This document shows, in pieces, positions 11,312 through 24,000 of a stretch of 64,000 nucleotides of DNA. The stretch covers positions 65,596,001 to 65,660,000 of the forward strand of contig CM060733.1 of assembly GCA_030704615.1 (NCBI GenBank), read 5' to 3'. Source of the stretch: Takakia lepidozioides. Its lineage: Eukaryota; Plantae; Bryophyta. Position numbers and translations under genes: made by a program. How positions within the stretch are numbered: the first letter of the stretch is position 1; each line of letters opens with the position of its first letter. The notes beneath the pieces were generated by a model that saw only the letters and a list, made by a program, of their open reading frames with translations, was not told the DNA's origin and did not search any database.

Positions 11312-12444
11312 ATGGTAGCTTCGTTGGCGCAGCCTGCTATGCAGGCCTCGTTCTCAGCAACCTCACTGCGACCGATGGCTCTTTCTCAACGTCCCCTTTC
11401 TGTGTCCGTGTCTTTCCAGGCTCCCCGCCTTCCCTTCCTGTCACTGGAGTCTGGTTCGCCATTTGAGGCCGGGACCTTTTTGGAGAAGTTTGGCAGTTCA
11501 GTGCATATCGAAGGGAGAAGCAGGCCGCATCACCTTCCACATCTATCCAAGGAGGGGACGAGCCAGGGGTGTTCGAACTTGGGATTGGCGGTGGGAATGG
11601 AGCTGGGCTCTATGGGAGAGGGGGAGGTGGTGGTGGAGGTGGGGAAGGGGATGGGTGGGGAAAGTCTCACAACAGCGAAGTAGACCGGGGAGGAGGTTTA
11701 CTGGGCGCATTCTTGCGAGGATGGCAAGCACGGGTTAGGGCAGATCCACAGTTTGCTTTTAAGGTGTTTATGGAGGAGCTGATCGGGGTTGGAGCATGTG
11801 TTCTTGGGGACATGGCCTCGCGCCCCAATTTCGGCCTCAATGAGCTTGACTTTGTCTTCTCCACGATTGTGGTGGGCTCAATTCTGAATTTCACCCTGAT
11901 GTACATGTTAGCTCCTACAGCAGCGGCAGGCTCTGCCTCCCGTCTACCAGGCATATTTGCCAGCTGCCCAGCTGGTCACATGTTCGAGATAGGGGCGTAC
12001 TCCATTCTTGATCGAGCAGGCACATTTGTGTACAAGGGATTGCAGTTTGCAGCTGTCGGGTTTGGGGCGGGGCTTGTTGGCACAGCTCTCTCAAATATGT
12101 TGTTGGCTGTGAGGAAGAAGCTTGATCCCAATTTTGTGCTTCAAAACAAGTCTCCCCCCATGGTGTTGAATGCAGCGACGTGGGCTCTGCACATGGGACT
12201 GAGCAGTAATGCCCGCTACCAGACACTGAACGGGTTGGAATTTTGGCTGGCGGGGAGCTTGCATCCATCAGCGTTCAAAGCCTCGGTGCTTGTCCTCCGC
12301 GCCCTCAACAATGTTGTTGGGGGCACCTCCTTTGTGACCTTAGCGCGCTTGACAGGGTCTCAGAATTCTCAGAAAACCATTCCTCCACATCCCAAGGATG
12401 GCAGGGAGGACTCTCAAGCTTTGCAGTCTGAACCCAGCAGCTAA
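11312..12444 (+). CDS. RER3: RETICULATA-RELATED (RER2/RER3-like, DUF3411) plastid envelope protein; intronless, one frameshift between ~11467 and ~11570
   Basis: Ser/Ala-rich transit peptide from ATG 11312, a Gly-rich linker, then GWQARVRADPQFAFKVFMEELIGVGACVLGDMASRPNFGLNELDFVFST...HMGLSSNARYQTLNG. Confidence 0.88.
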
Positions 12445-13909
12445 GGGCGAGGGGAGGCGGGGAGAGGGTTGTTGGGGGTGGGGCGGTGGGGGGGGGTTTT
12501 TGGGGCTTGGGGTTGGTTGTCTTCCGTCCATTATCACTCTGCCTCAGCTCAGGCCTAAAAGTTTTTGTTCTCTCATGTTTATTCTCTGTTGGAGGCATTG
12601 TTTTTCTGGCAGCAGTCTACTGTGGTTCTCAACCACCACCATGCGTCTTGGCTTTGGTTCTGTTCAGCACATATCTGCCCTTAGCAGCGGGGATTTTTTT
12701 GGGATGTACTGCACACTCGAGGGACGCATGTTACAGTGAAGCCAGATCCTCTTAGGATATGTCACCCACGATGGAATCACCCTGAAGGGTGTTGGGATAC
12801 TCCATAATAAATGAAGATCACTCCTGCCTGTCAATGCAGGGACTACAAATCTTCCATTCTGATGCTTGATGGATTGGTCATATCCTTTCCCCTGTTTTGA
12901 GGGTCAATCTGCCCTCTGATGCTGGATCGGTGTCACTAATGTTGGTAGGGCCTGGGCCGCTCGCAGCTTCTCTTTTTCTCTTTACACGCCTTATATGGGC
13001 TCCCTCACTTTAAGCTCATGATAGATGAGAAAATGGCGGCATCAAGTATGGCAGTCATCTGTGAAGAATAGCAATCTTTGAAGAATCAGACTACATTCAC
13101 ATGCGAGTTGTAACAAGACTTGCCCGGAGACTCTGCTGCAAGTTTCTTGATTTCAGTTTTAAATTTTTCCACTGCACCCATTTGATGATCCAACTGATAG
13201 TAGTAATAGCCAAGGTGAAGGAACAAGTTGAGACAGGGTGCGCACCATGTCAGGTGCACAAGTTTAGCAAACAAGGTGGTAGTGAGGTCACCGGTGGTCA
13301 AGAAAGGCATGGCTAAATATGTAGAGCTCCTTGGAGCTTTTATGTCATGCAATGTAGGACAAGCCCAGTATTCAAGGAGTTGAATGTTTGAAATGCCACT
13401 TTTGAAACATGTGAACAACAGACTACATTCTACAGTCGACCCTGGATAAATATTACATTTGTTTTTGTTATCTCATCATAAATGTTATGATTTTCTTACT
13501 CTATAAAAATATACACTAAAAATGATAAAAAGACTATTATTTGATTGAATACCTACTCTCCTCCGTGTTAAAGCACATCTCTAATTGTTACATTCAATAT
13601 ACACCTCTAAACTAGTTGGATTAAATAAGGAGTAAAATAATGTTTTGGATGAATTTCGACCAGATTCAACCAGCAGTGCTATGATTTTTATGCAAACACT
13701 CCGGGAGAGAAGGAAATAGAAAATTTGCCTGTTTGCCTGACATACTTGCACAGCCGTGCAAGCAGACCTCACATTTCCAGAGTTTACAAAGCCTCATATT
13801 GACAGGTGTACATGAAGAAATTCTTACTGGACAAAACTAGCAACCACTTGCAAGCTTTTTTTTTACTTTGATGTGCTAGAAGATTTCAGCACTTTACCAC
13901 CCAAGGAAA

Positions 13910-14890
13910 GGGAGACAACATCTCTAATTGCACCTTTTTCCTGGTCAACCATTGCCACTTTCCCATCAAGAGACCCATGGCATGACCTGAAATCAACACA
14001 CAGACAGATAGAAGCTCTCTCTCTCCTGTGGACATCTACTTCAAACCAAAATACAAAGCATGACACGCTACACTGATACAAATGGAGAGTCACCTGTTAT
14101 GAGACACAAAACCCAGGTCACCATCCAAGGCATATGTCAACAGGATTAAAAATAGGTACAATCTTGGGCGCCTTTCCAAGGGTCCCAAAAACTTTTTCAG
14201 GCTAGACTAAGACGAAATCCTGAACTCCAACTCGACTACCTCCTAGTGAATGTTACAGTTCCGTGGCCTACAGAGTACCACAAATAACCAATTGCCTAGG
14301 TGCAGTGTACACTGATAAGTTGGTGTGGAATTCTGGGTGACTTCAATGACGATCAGATTAAGTCACTATACAAGCTGCTCAAAGGGAGAGAACATCTCTC
14401 ATTGCACCTTTTTCCTGGTCAACCGTCGCCACTTTCCCATCAAGAGACCCATGGCATGACATAGGCTACCTGAAATCAACAGACTGACACGCAGAAGATA
14501 GAAGCTGTCTCTCCCCTGTGGACATCTACTTTAAACCAAAATACAAAGCATGACACACATCACTGATACAAATGGAGAGTCACCTGTTATGAGACACAAT
14601 ACCCAGGTCACCATCCAAGGCATCTCGTCAATGGGATTAAAAATAGGTACAAACTTGGGCCCCTTTCCAAGGGTCCCAAACACTTCTTCAGGCTAGACTA
14701 AGATGAAATCCTGAACTCCAACTTGACTACCTCCTAGTGAATGTTACAGTTCGGTGGCCAACAGAATACCACAAATAACCAATTGCCTGGGTGAAGTGTA
14801 CACAAGCTGATAAATTGGGTGTGGAATTCTGGCTGACTTTTAATGACGATCTTATTTACTGGCAGATTAAGTTACTATACAGGCTGCTCA
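13910..14890. repeat. Tandem duplication, two ~480-500-bp diverged copies, downstream of the GYF gene
   Basis: 13912-14381 aligns by eye with 14387-14890 (ATTGCACCTTTTTCCTGGTCAACC...CAGATTAAGT). Confidence 0.9.
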
Positions 14891-15078
14891 TCACCATACC
14901 AGCACAATGTTGTGAGAAGACCCTCAGGCAGTAATAACCTGTAAAGGTCCAAAACTTTGTGCAGAGAAGTGAGGGAACCCAGAGTGTGTACCATGGTATA
15001 CAATGAGTATACAACGAAGTGACCACAAGCACCAGCACTCTCACTTTCTCGCTCAGAGTCAGAATAAACTACCTCCTA

Positions 15079-18000
15079 TTAGTCCTCAATATGTTGGATC
15101 TCACCCATCATAATTCGATTGCTGGTGATACTAAACCCAAGTAAGGAAGGGTCTACAACTTTCTTTCCCTTCTTCCCCTTCTTCTTTCCCCCCTTCCCTG
15201 AATTGTTTCCGGCATTCTCTGAGTCACCAGAAGCCTCCTCATCCTTGTAGTCTCTGGCAACCTCAGTAGGTATGCCGGATTTGCTTCTCTCAGACTGTCT
15301 GCCATTGCTCTGCAGAATGCTATCGGTATTGTCATGGGGAGTGTCACTGGAAGCATACACATTCCCTGCAACCGCGGACCATGTCTGCTTCCGATGGACA
15401 AACTCAGTCTTGAAGGCTTGTATCTGAGTTGAGCTCATCCCTGGCAGGGTAAACAGGTACTGGGAAAGGTACTCGCCTGCCTCAGCAACAGAAGAGAGTG
15501 ATATACAGAAATCCACCATTGTCATATCTGCAATGGTTGTAGAAAGTCAACTATCCATTTACAGAGTCCCCCAGCAAGATCCTTATGTGCAAAGTGTACG
15601 AAGATTGAGTATTACAGATGTCCATTTGACATCAGTGATCATAGCATGGAAAGGAAATCTCCATCACAATTAGAACTGCAACACTTATAGCACAACTGAT
15701 TCTCATCAACCAAACTCTAACACATTAGCCCCTCCCCCTCTCCTTCCCGCCCCACCCAACATCTCCACTGCTAATTATATAACATACCACCGCAGTAAAA
15801 CAGCTGATCAGACAAACTTACCATCAGTGCCGCTGAGCTTCTTGATTTGGCCCTCGCACCATTGTCGAAGTGGGTTGTCCTCCACACCCATTGCAGGGCC
15901 TAACTGAGCCCCTGTTGCAACTGACAAATCTGCCATGTGGGCAACCATACAACCACAGCTTCTTTAACATTTCATGTGTAGCTGTAATTGCAGTTCTCTG
16001 CATAAGGCTCTACTATCCAGGAAAGTAAATTTTTCTGAGAGAATTGCGGCGATGGGCCTGTCAGTGACCTTCGAGCAAGCTGGACATACAGCTAAATGAG
16101 ACCAAAATGAGGCATGTCCTTACAGCTGTGTTGAGAGAGAGATAGTAGTTGGTTTCGCTACCTTCAGTAGCATGCTTGTTGGCCTGCTGCTTTTTGAACT
16201 TGACTGAGCTTACTTTCACTGTGGTAGTGGATGTGGCAGCTAGAGAAGGAAATTCTGTGGGGTTAGCTCGCTGGGCTGCAACTGCACCTGCTGTCTGGCG
16301 GAATCCAGCAACTGTTGGTGATGTTGCAGCTGACATTTGTACACCTTGTGCATTTTGTCCTTTACCCATCATTAAAGATGGAAAATCCAACCTGCAAATG
16401 AACAAAAGAAGTGATCAATCAGCGACTACATGCTGCAGTAGCCATCACCTACTACCAATGCGTACTACTTTTACAATAACAGCACAACAATCCTGTTCAG
16501 AACTGTGTAAAATTGCCCAATTCATGTCTGCCTAGCACTTGTTCCAACCCATAACACTCCCTTTATCAAGCCAAAACCACATTTGAGACCAACAGACTAA
16601 GAAAATTTACCGTTCTGACTTCGGGGCTTGCTTCACAACATTCAATCTCACATCTTCCCCATAATCCCAAAAGAGATCATCGTCATCCTCAAATACGCCA
16701 GTCTTTGAGCGAGAGTAGCTATTGGTAGCATTGGAAACTGTTGAAGGAGGTGCTGCTCCTGCAGGTTGTTGGGAGCCCAGGCTAGCCTGGGGAGATGGGG
16801 ACGGAGGCACCGATGGCCGTTGCCATGCGAATGCTCCACCACTTGTGGTCCGAGTCATAATTGTCGTTGGCTTTGGTGGGGCAGGAAGCTGCTGCTGGGC
16901 AGCCAAAGCCTGCAGCATCTGCACCTGTCTCTCTTGTTCCTCTCGAGCCCGTCTCTCAGCCTCCTGGATTTCCTTCAGAGATTTTGTGGCCTTGACTTGC
17001 CGGCTTGGGTCAACCGACCATGCAGGCAGTGGTTGAGGGGTGGGAGGCTCATCTCGCAGGTTCAGAAAATCAGCCAATGAGGGCCCTGGTGGAGGTGCTG
17101 AGAGGGATTCCTTTTCCTTAGAGGCTTCAAGCTGTGCAAGACGTGCCACTGAACTTTTTGTTGTGATAAGTGGGTTCGGAGCTGGGGCTGGCTCTGGGGT
17201 AGACAAGGCGCCCATGGCCTTGCCTGCCGCTACTGAACCTTTTGCCTTAGAAGCGCGTTTCTTGTTTTTCTTTGACTCTTTGGGTTCTACAAAATCACTG
17301 TCATCAAACGCAGGAGTTGGTGGGGCCAGGAGGGCCTGAGTGACTAAGCTCGAGGCAGGCTGAAGGACCTTTTTGCTTGCAACGTTTCCCAGTGCTTCTT
17401 CAGTCACATGATGTAGTAGGCTAGCTTTATCACTTCCAGATGGTGAGGGGCCTGAGTTCGGGGCCCATGAAGTGTTATTCCCCCCTTTACCAATAGATGA
17501 AAGAGCTGGAGAAAACATGGTAATACCTGTCTGTGCACTGAGAGTGGCAGCCCTGCGAGCCTCCTCATCCTGGATCTCTCTCAAGGATTTTGCTTGAGTC
17601 GAGGGAGCTGCCCAAGGACCAAATGCTGTGGAGCTCACAGGAGCACCATGCGGCATCGTGCGGGCTGCTGTTTCAGCAGCAGCCTTTTCTTCAGCTCTTC
17701 GATGCTCAGCCTCCTCCTGCTGGATTTCCATTAGGGATTTGGGCTTAGGTGATGGTGCCGGTTTCCACACAGGTTGCGGCAATGCAGCTGAACTGAGGTG
17801 ATGGTGGGATGAGATCTCACTGGAATGGGGAACAGAAGACCACCCAGCTCCTGGACTCTGCAGGAGTTCTGGTGGTGGTGGTGGTGGTGCTGATGAGCAA
17901 GCAGTCCCCAGAGTGCTGGGTGTTGGCAAAATTGGGACCTGCTCTAGAGACAAATGCCCTGTAGATCCTGCAAGTCTTGCTCCTTGTGTCTGTTGATCCT

Positions 18001-21000
18001 GGCTTCCATACTCATGCGAGTCCCTCCCCCAGAGAGGGTGGCTTCCCAGTGTCTCAGAAACACTACTCATGTCATGGACACTTTCATTGTTTTTCTGAGG
18101 AGGCTCATCCCTCAGCACTTGCCAATTCAGAGATAATGAGGTCCCATTGGCTGCAGACTCCCGCTGCAATAATCGCCTGTCGCTACCCTTCCCCTGAGAA
18201 GAGTCCATCCCTTCCAAGGCAGTGCCTGTAGGGACACCCCAGCTGTGGGCCACCGCGGCTTCAGCCTGTTGGTGCCTCTCATGCACTTGGTGGAGATGGA
18301 AAGCCTCCTTACGATAATGCTCTGCCGTAGTAAAGTTTCCAGCAGACTCTGTAAAACCTGGTAGACTACTCTGGCGTTCAGCTCGGATACGATGCTGTTG
18401 CTCCTGAAGTTGGGCGACCAAGTCTGCGTGCACCCCACTACCCCCTTCCATCCTTGAAAGTGCTGACACTGCCGACAGGCTTCGTTCTAGTCGCAAGTGG
18501 GGGTCGTACATGTTAACAGGTGCACGCGCTTCCATGACTGGCTGCTCCAGGTGCGGTGACTGGTCAAACCTGTAAACTCCTTGGGGATCTGGTTGCAACT
18601 GTCCCTGGGAAGCCTGGTAGGTCAGCTGACTCTGCAAACGTTGTTGTTGTTGTTGTTGTTGTTGCTGTTGCTGTTGTAAAGCTTCAAAGGCTCGCATGGG
18701 GGCAGGGGCTTGTGTCCGAACAAACTGGCCAAACTCATCCACTTCCCAAACACCAGAGATTCGCCTTTCATCTAAACTTGAGCATTGCTGTGAAATTTGC
18801 ACACCAAACTGCTGCACCTGTCATACAGTCTTATGTCAGCCTTCTACAGCCTTCTCCCATGACTTTGTCGGGAGTCATTTCACAGGTAGGGTCTGTAAAA
18901 GTGATAGCTAATTAGTCCTTTGCACCAATTAGAGTGTACATTCGCCCATGTGATGCCAGCAATGGCATACAGAATGCTACAAATATATAAAACCTTATAT
19001 GTCAGTACATTTAACATTCACCTTTTGGGAAACAGATGGTGTGGGTTAATAAATGACGCGCATACCCGTAAAGAAAGATGTGGAGTAAAACTACCAAAGA
19101 TAAATAAACAAGAAACAAGAGTACTTAAGCCCCACTTGTCAAAATAAGCTCGCTGCTAACCACAGGATCATACAACCTCTGCAGCAAAACGTTTGTGAGT
19201 GCCTGAGGAGAGAGCACCTGATGCTGTTGCTGCTGTTGTTGTTCCTCATTTTGCCGCTGTCTGATGAGCTGTTCGAGGGATGCCGGGCCTGAAAGATTGT
19301 GTCTGGCCTGGAAGAGCTGTTCCAGCGAGTGCAAAGTGAGGGGCTGACCAGCTGAATCCAACCGAAGGCCCTCCTGTGGGTGCCGGCCAATCAGGAGTTG
19401 GTCGGCAAGCCCGCTTACCCCAGGGCTCCCACCAGCTGTCTGACGGGGGCGATGTTCAAAATGTGAAAGGGGGGGAATCTGCTGGTGCCTTAGCAGCTGC
19501 TCAATCAAAACTTGAGGAGGTAGTTGTTGTTGTTGCTGCTGCTGCATCCGCAGGAGCTGATCAAGGACAGGACCTGAGGGAGGAATTGGCAAAGGGATGT
19601 GCTGCTGCTGGGGTCCGGCCTGCTGGTGGGACCCTTGGTGGTGAAGAAGGTTTAGGTGAGTTGGGCCAAACCGATGCAAGTGTTGCAGCTCCAACTGCTC
19701 CAGTTGCTGGTGCAGATGGTTTGGGTTAACACCACCGCCATGCTGGGGCAAACCCATATGAGTGAGTGGTAAGTCCAACGACACATTTCGATCAGGCCAG
19801 GGTCGGTCTCCTTGAGATGAATGACTGCGAGGGGACAAACTCTGGTTATTGAAGGGGCCAGCTTGCAACAAAGGTAATAACTCAGGCTGGTGGGTAACTG
19901 TATGAGGCAATGCAGTAGTTGCCGGTGCTGACTGGCCCACCAAAGAAATTGAATCTTCATTGCCTTCTGAACTTAAGGGTGCTAAATCCCCTCTCTCCCG
20001 CCAACTCTGAGAGAAGAGACTGGGCAACAGTTGTTTAGCAGGTTCTGTCGCATCAGATTCCACCCGCGGAAATGCTGACATCCGACGGCGCAGGGAGAAC
20101 GTTCGCTCCAGTCCATCTTCGACCTTCAGCTCGAGAGCACCCTCACTCAGCCCGAACAACCTATCTATTGGAACATCTGTGTCAAAAAGAATGTGCATCA
20201 GTTCATTGTCAACTACAAGAAAAATCGACGTGGATAAAAAATGCTTAAGCCATGATAAAAATTGACCAGCAATGAGATCATGATTTCACAAGTATGATAA
20301 TTACAATGCTCTGAAAGCAGCATTGATACATCAACAGCTTCACCGCACGATGCAATGGACTAAGGTGAGAGGGCAGGATGCTTGCACCAGACTCCCAAAT
20401 TAGCAACATTGTGGTAAAAGGGATTGTTTTAGCAAAAACCGCATCCACGTCAACCATGAATAAACTCTGAATCATACAAGAGGACTGCTTACCTTCCCTA
20501 GAGGGGTCTAGGGAGTTCTTCAAACCAAGCTGGGCATCACTTCCAAAACCAATCTCTGATAAGTCTTTCAACATTGGGTGTGCACTTGGATCAGGGGCCT
20601 TCTCCTTGCACTCTCTACCTCTCTCTCCTTGGTCGAATGATGTGTGTAGGCCAGAATTCAGGGACCCTTCTACTTCTAGTTTTGACTCAAGTGAGTCAGC
20701 AACTTCATCCACATGCTTCAAAGCATCAAAACCTGGGGGCACCCGTGGCTTCGGCTTCAAATGAGGCATCAGATTACCCAGAGGTACAAAGGCTGTCCCT
20801 TCAGGAGCATCCCTCAATCGCACAGGTAAATCAGTGTCAAAGAATCCTGCCTCAAACCAGCCAATAATATCCACTCCCATGAATGGGCCTTGAATCTCGC
20901 CCTGGGGGTCTGTGTAGAGGAGAGAGAGCTCCTCAGGGGGAAATATGTGCAGTGCCATGGGTTGCATTGCCTCATTCCTTTCCAGACCTGCAGAAACCAG

Positions 21001-24000
21001 GCTGTTGCTCTCTGCCTCCATTCCTGTTACAGAGCTTGGCACATCACTTTTGCTGTCTACCAGCGAAACCACTCTCTTTAAGTTCCCACTCTCTGTATCT
21101 ATTACAGTTTTGACATCACTCCCATCATTCTCAGAAGCACATTCTTCTTCAGGGTGCCCTAACTTCCTCAGTCTCTCTTCATGCAGAATTCCACCCCTCT
21201 CGGACCGCCAAATTTGCCCATCCTTTGGTGCAGGCGAGTCTTCCTGCCATACCAATACACCTCCACAAGCTCAGCCATGTGAATCATCCCATCTATAGAC
21301 AGCAAAACAATATTGCACCGAGAGGTGCACAAATCATATATTCTATCTCTATATCCAGCTCAGTTTCTCAAATTTTCCAAGGCTGTGAAATGAACTGTTG
21401 AACAAAAAGGTTAGACACTAAATCACAACAAGAACTTATCAGAGCAGTTTGGCGAAGTCACTTAAAGACCTAGCAATAATCCTAGCCCAGCAAACCAGAG
21501 CCTGAACAAGAGCCACTGCAAAAGCATGAGAACACTATACTACACAAACCAGATCAGTGCGGCGCCAGCTGCTACGATCATCCCTCTCAATGTTGCGCTC
21601 ATGTCTCCAGCTCTTTTCCTCCTTAGGAATACTCAAGGTTTCATCTCCAGGCTTAGGTTTACGCCAAGCACCATCACTGCGGCCCACCGCTTCGCGCCTC
21701 CAGCTATTATCTTCCCTCCCAAATCCCCCAACACCTTCCTCTCCCCCACGTCCCCGTCTCCAACCCCCCTCATCCCTACCACCTGCCACCACAAAAATAT
21801 CAGGAAATGCCAGCCATGCCACATACTAGTATATGCACATGGTATGCATTGTCATACAATGTGAGCCTTGCTTCACAGCTATTAAGACGCCAAAAGAAGT
21901 GTGTGAAGCCTCAACAAAGCTTCCCTAATAACTAACTGACTATATACATTATGCTTAAAATCAGTAAGATTCTTATCACCTCAGGTTAGTCCTGACAAGT
22001 TAACTCCTGAAGGGTACCAATAAGCTTTGGAAAGGCACACACCATCAACCTCCATGGTGCTTTCAGGACGAGCGCGAGACTCCCAAGCATCCCCGCTCTC
22101 AGCATCAGCATACCGTGCCTCAGCCAGCTTATCCAATGCCCCCCCTTCACCACTGGGGATATCCCCAAAACCAGGCTGATTGAAGAAGTCATCCTCTTTG
22201 TGACCATCAAAAATTGACTCTTCTTTCCCCCCTGGTCCAACCAAAGTCAATCATCATTCAGCACAGTATCATCTTTGCGCAACAACATGAAACACAGTGT
22301 GAGAGGCATGATAGGGCCTGTAGGCATGTTGGTCCAGCTCATGGCAGAAATTCAGTTCTTGCCCTACTCAATAGGCCTCTGCCGTGAGGACCCCCACAAA
22401 CAATCAAGAGTGCTGGCTGACTCAAGATCACCAATTTCCTAGCTAGCAACCAAGGTTCATAAGATACTACACACTCAGCACTACTAGAAAATTTTCTGCT
22501 AGGGCAGATAGTGGTGAAGCTGATTAAAGATTGCCAAGAGAGGTGCCAGAAAGTAGAATGGCAATGTCTCCTCCTACCTTCATGACACAAAACTTGAAGA
22601 GTGCTTTGTTGTTCCACTGGCTTACAATAATAATTAACAATGCCCCTAGAATCCTTTAAAAAACATTTGCAAACAAATCAACTTTTCACAATCATGAATA
22701 ATATAGCCTGCTGATAATAACCCAACCCTAGCTTGTATCTCACTTCTGCTGATCCCTTCCACTCTACATGAGGTCTACATAAGTGAGCTAGAATAATTAT
22801 CCTACACACTGATCAAATGCATAGATATGCTTTCAGGTGGTGGAATCTGTGAGCACAAAGAAGCCAGTTTGCTGTCGACAACAAGGTCTTTGAACTGTAT
22901 GGTTGTGTCAACAAAGAGAAATGGACCTCCGGCCAAAAAGTCTAGAAGCATATCCATGGAGATGAAGCATCAGTGAGAAGAAGGCCATAGAAGATACCGG
23001 TACCCCTTCCTCGTCCACGACCTCGGCCAGGGTCCTCACGAGCCCCTCTGATTAAGACGGCCTCCTTGGTTGTTGCATTGTGCACCGCTCCACTGCTAAC
23101 GATCTCTCCCTTCCGAATTCCTTCGAGGATGGCCTGGACACAGCTCCAGACTGAATCTTAAGTCTAAGATTGAAAGTGGGTGAAATGCAGAAGGATATGA
23201 TTCTTAGAGAGTGTACAAGAGGCGAAGAGCAAACAAAAGAGAAAAGAGGCGAAGGAACTATGTTTAGGGAACATCACGTCCTTAACTGTATGCTCAAAGT
23301 CCAAAATAACACAAGACTACCTAAATACCAAATGTGGAACATGGTAGGCATGATGTTGGGAAAACCAAAAGCATATCCTACACATAGAAACATACACTGG
23401 ATGAAAACTTCTTTGATAGAACAAATTTTGCCTTTACCTCTTCCTCTGCACCTGGTGTTACAAAAGCCAGGGGCTCCAAGGGGTCAGCCTGTGCGAGCTG
23501 CGGTACTTCAATAAATCCATCTGCACACTTCACAAATGACGGGAGGATTGCACACTTCCGATGAATGTCAAGGAGCTTTGCTCTTGGATAGTGGAATGCA
23601 CTGTTGTCTTGGAGAGAGCTCACTTTGCTGCTTCCCAATGGACCTCCTGCATTCCATTTGTCAGGAGATGGGGCCCCGATGGGGCTGGTTAATTGTGGCC
23701 CGTGAAGGAGGCCACTGCCTGTGAAATTTGCACGGCCTCGACCAACAGCAAAACCAGCACCAGACCCATCACCCCGGCCTCTTCCTATGCCAAATCCGGG
23801 AGCAAACTTTGGGGGAGTTGTACCTGGGGGAGGGACTTCGCCTCTCCCCCGGGAGGCAAAAGACTGGGGACGCCAGGCTCGGTCACCCCGTGCTGTTGAA
23901 TCCGGTGTACCCTCTTTGTCCCTCTCCCGCTCAGAGTCTCTGGGGGTTGAGGGACGGCGCTGCTGATAACCCCCACCATCTCCCCCTTCTTTCTCTGGTC

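Noticed and set aside
21244-21295. In-frame TGA (21271-21273) suggesting the EXA1-like gene is broken
   Set aside because: A phase-compatible acceptor at 21244-21245 leaves the stop in the intron.
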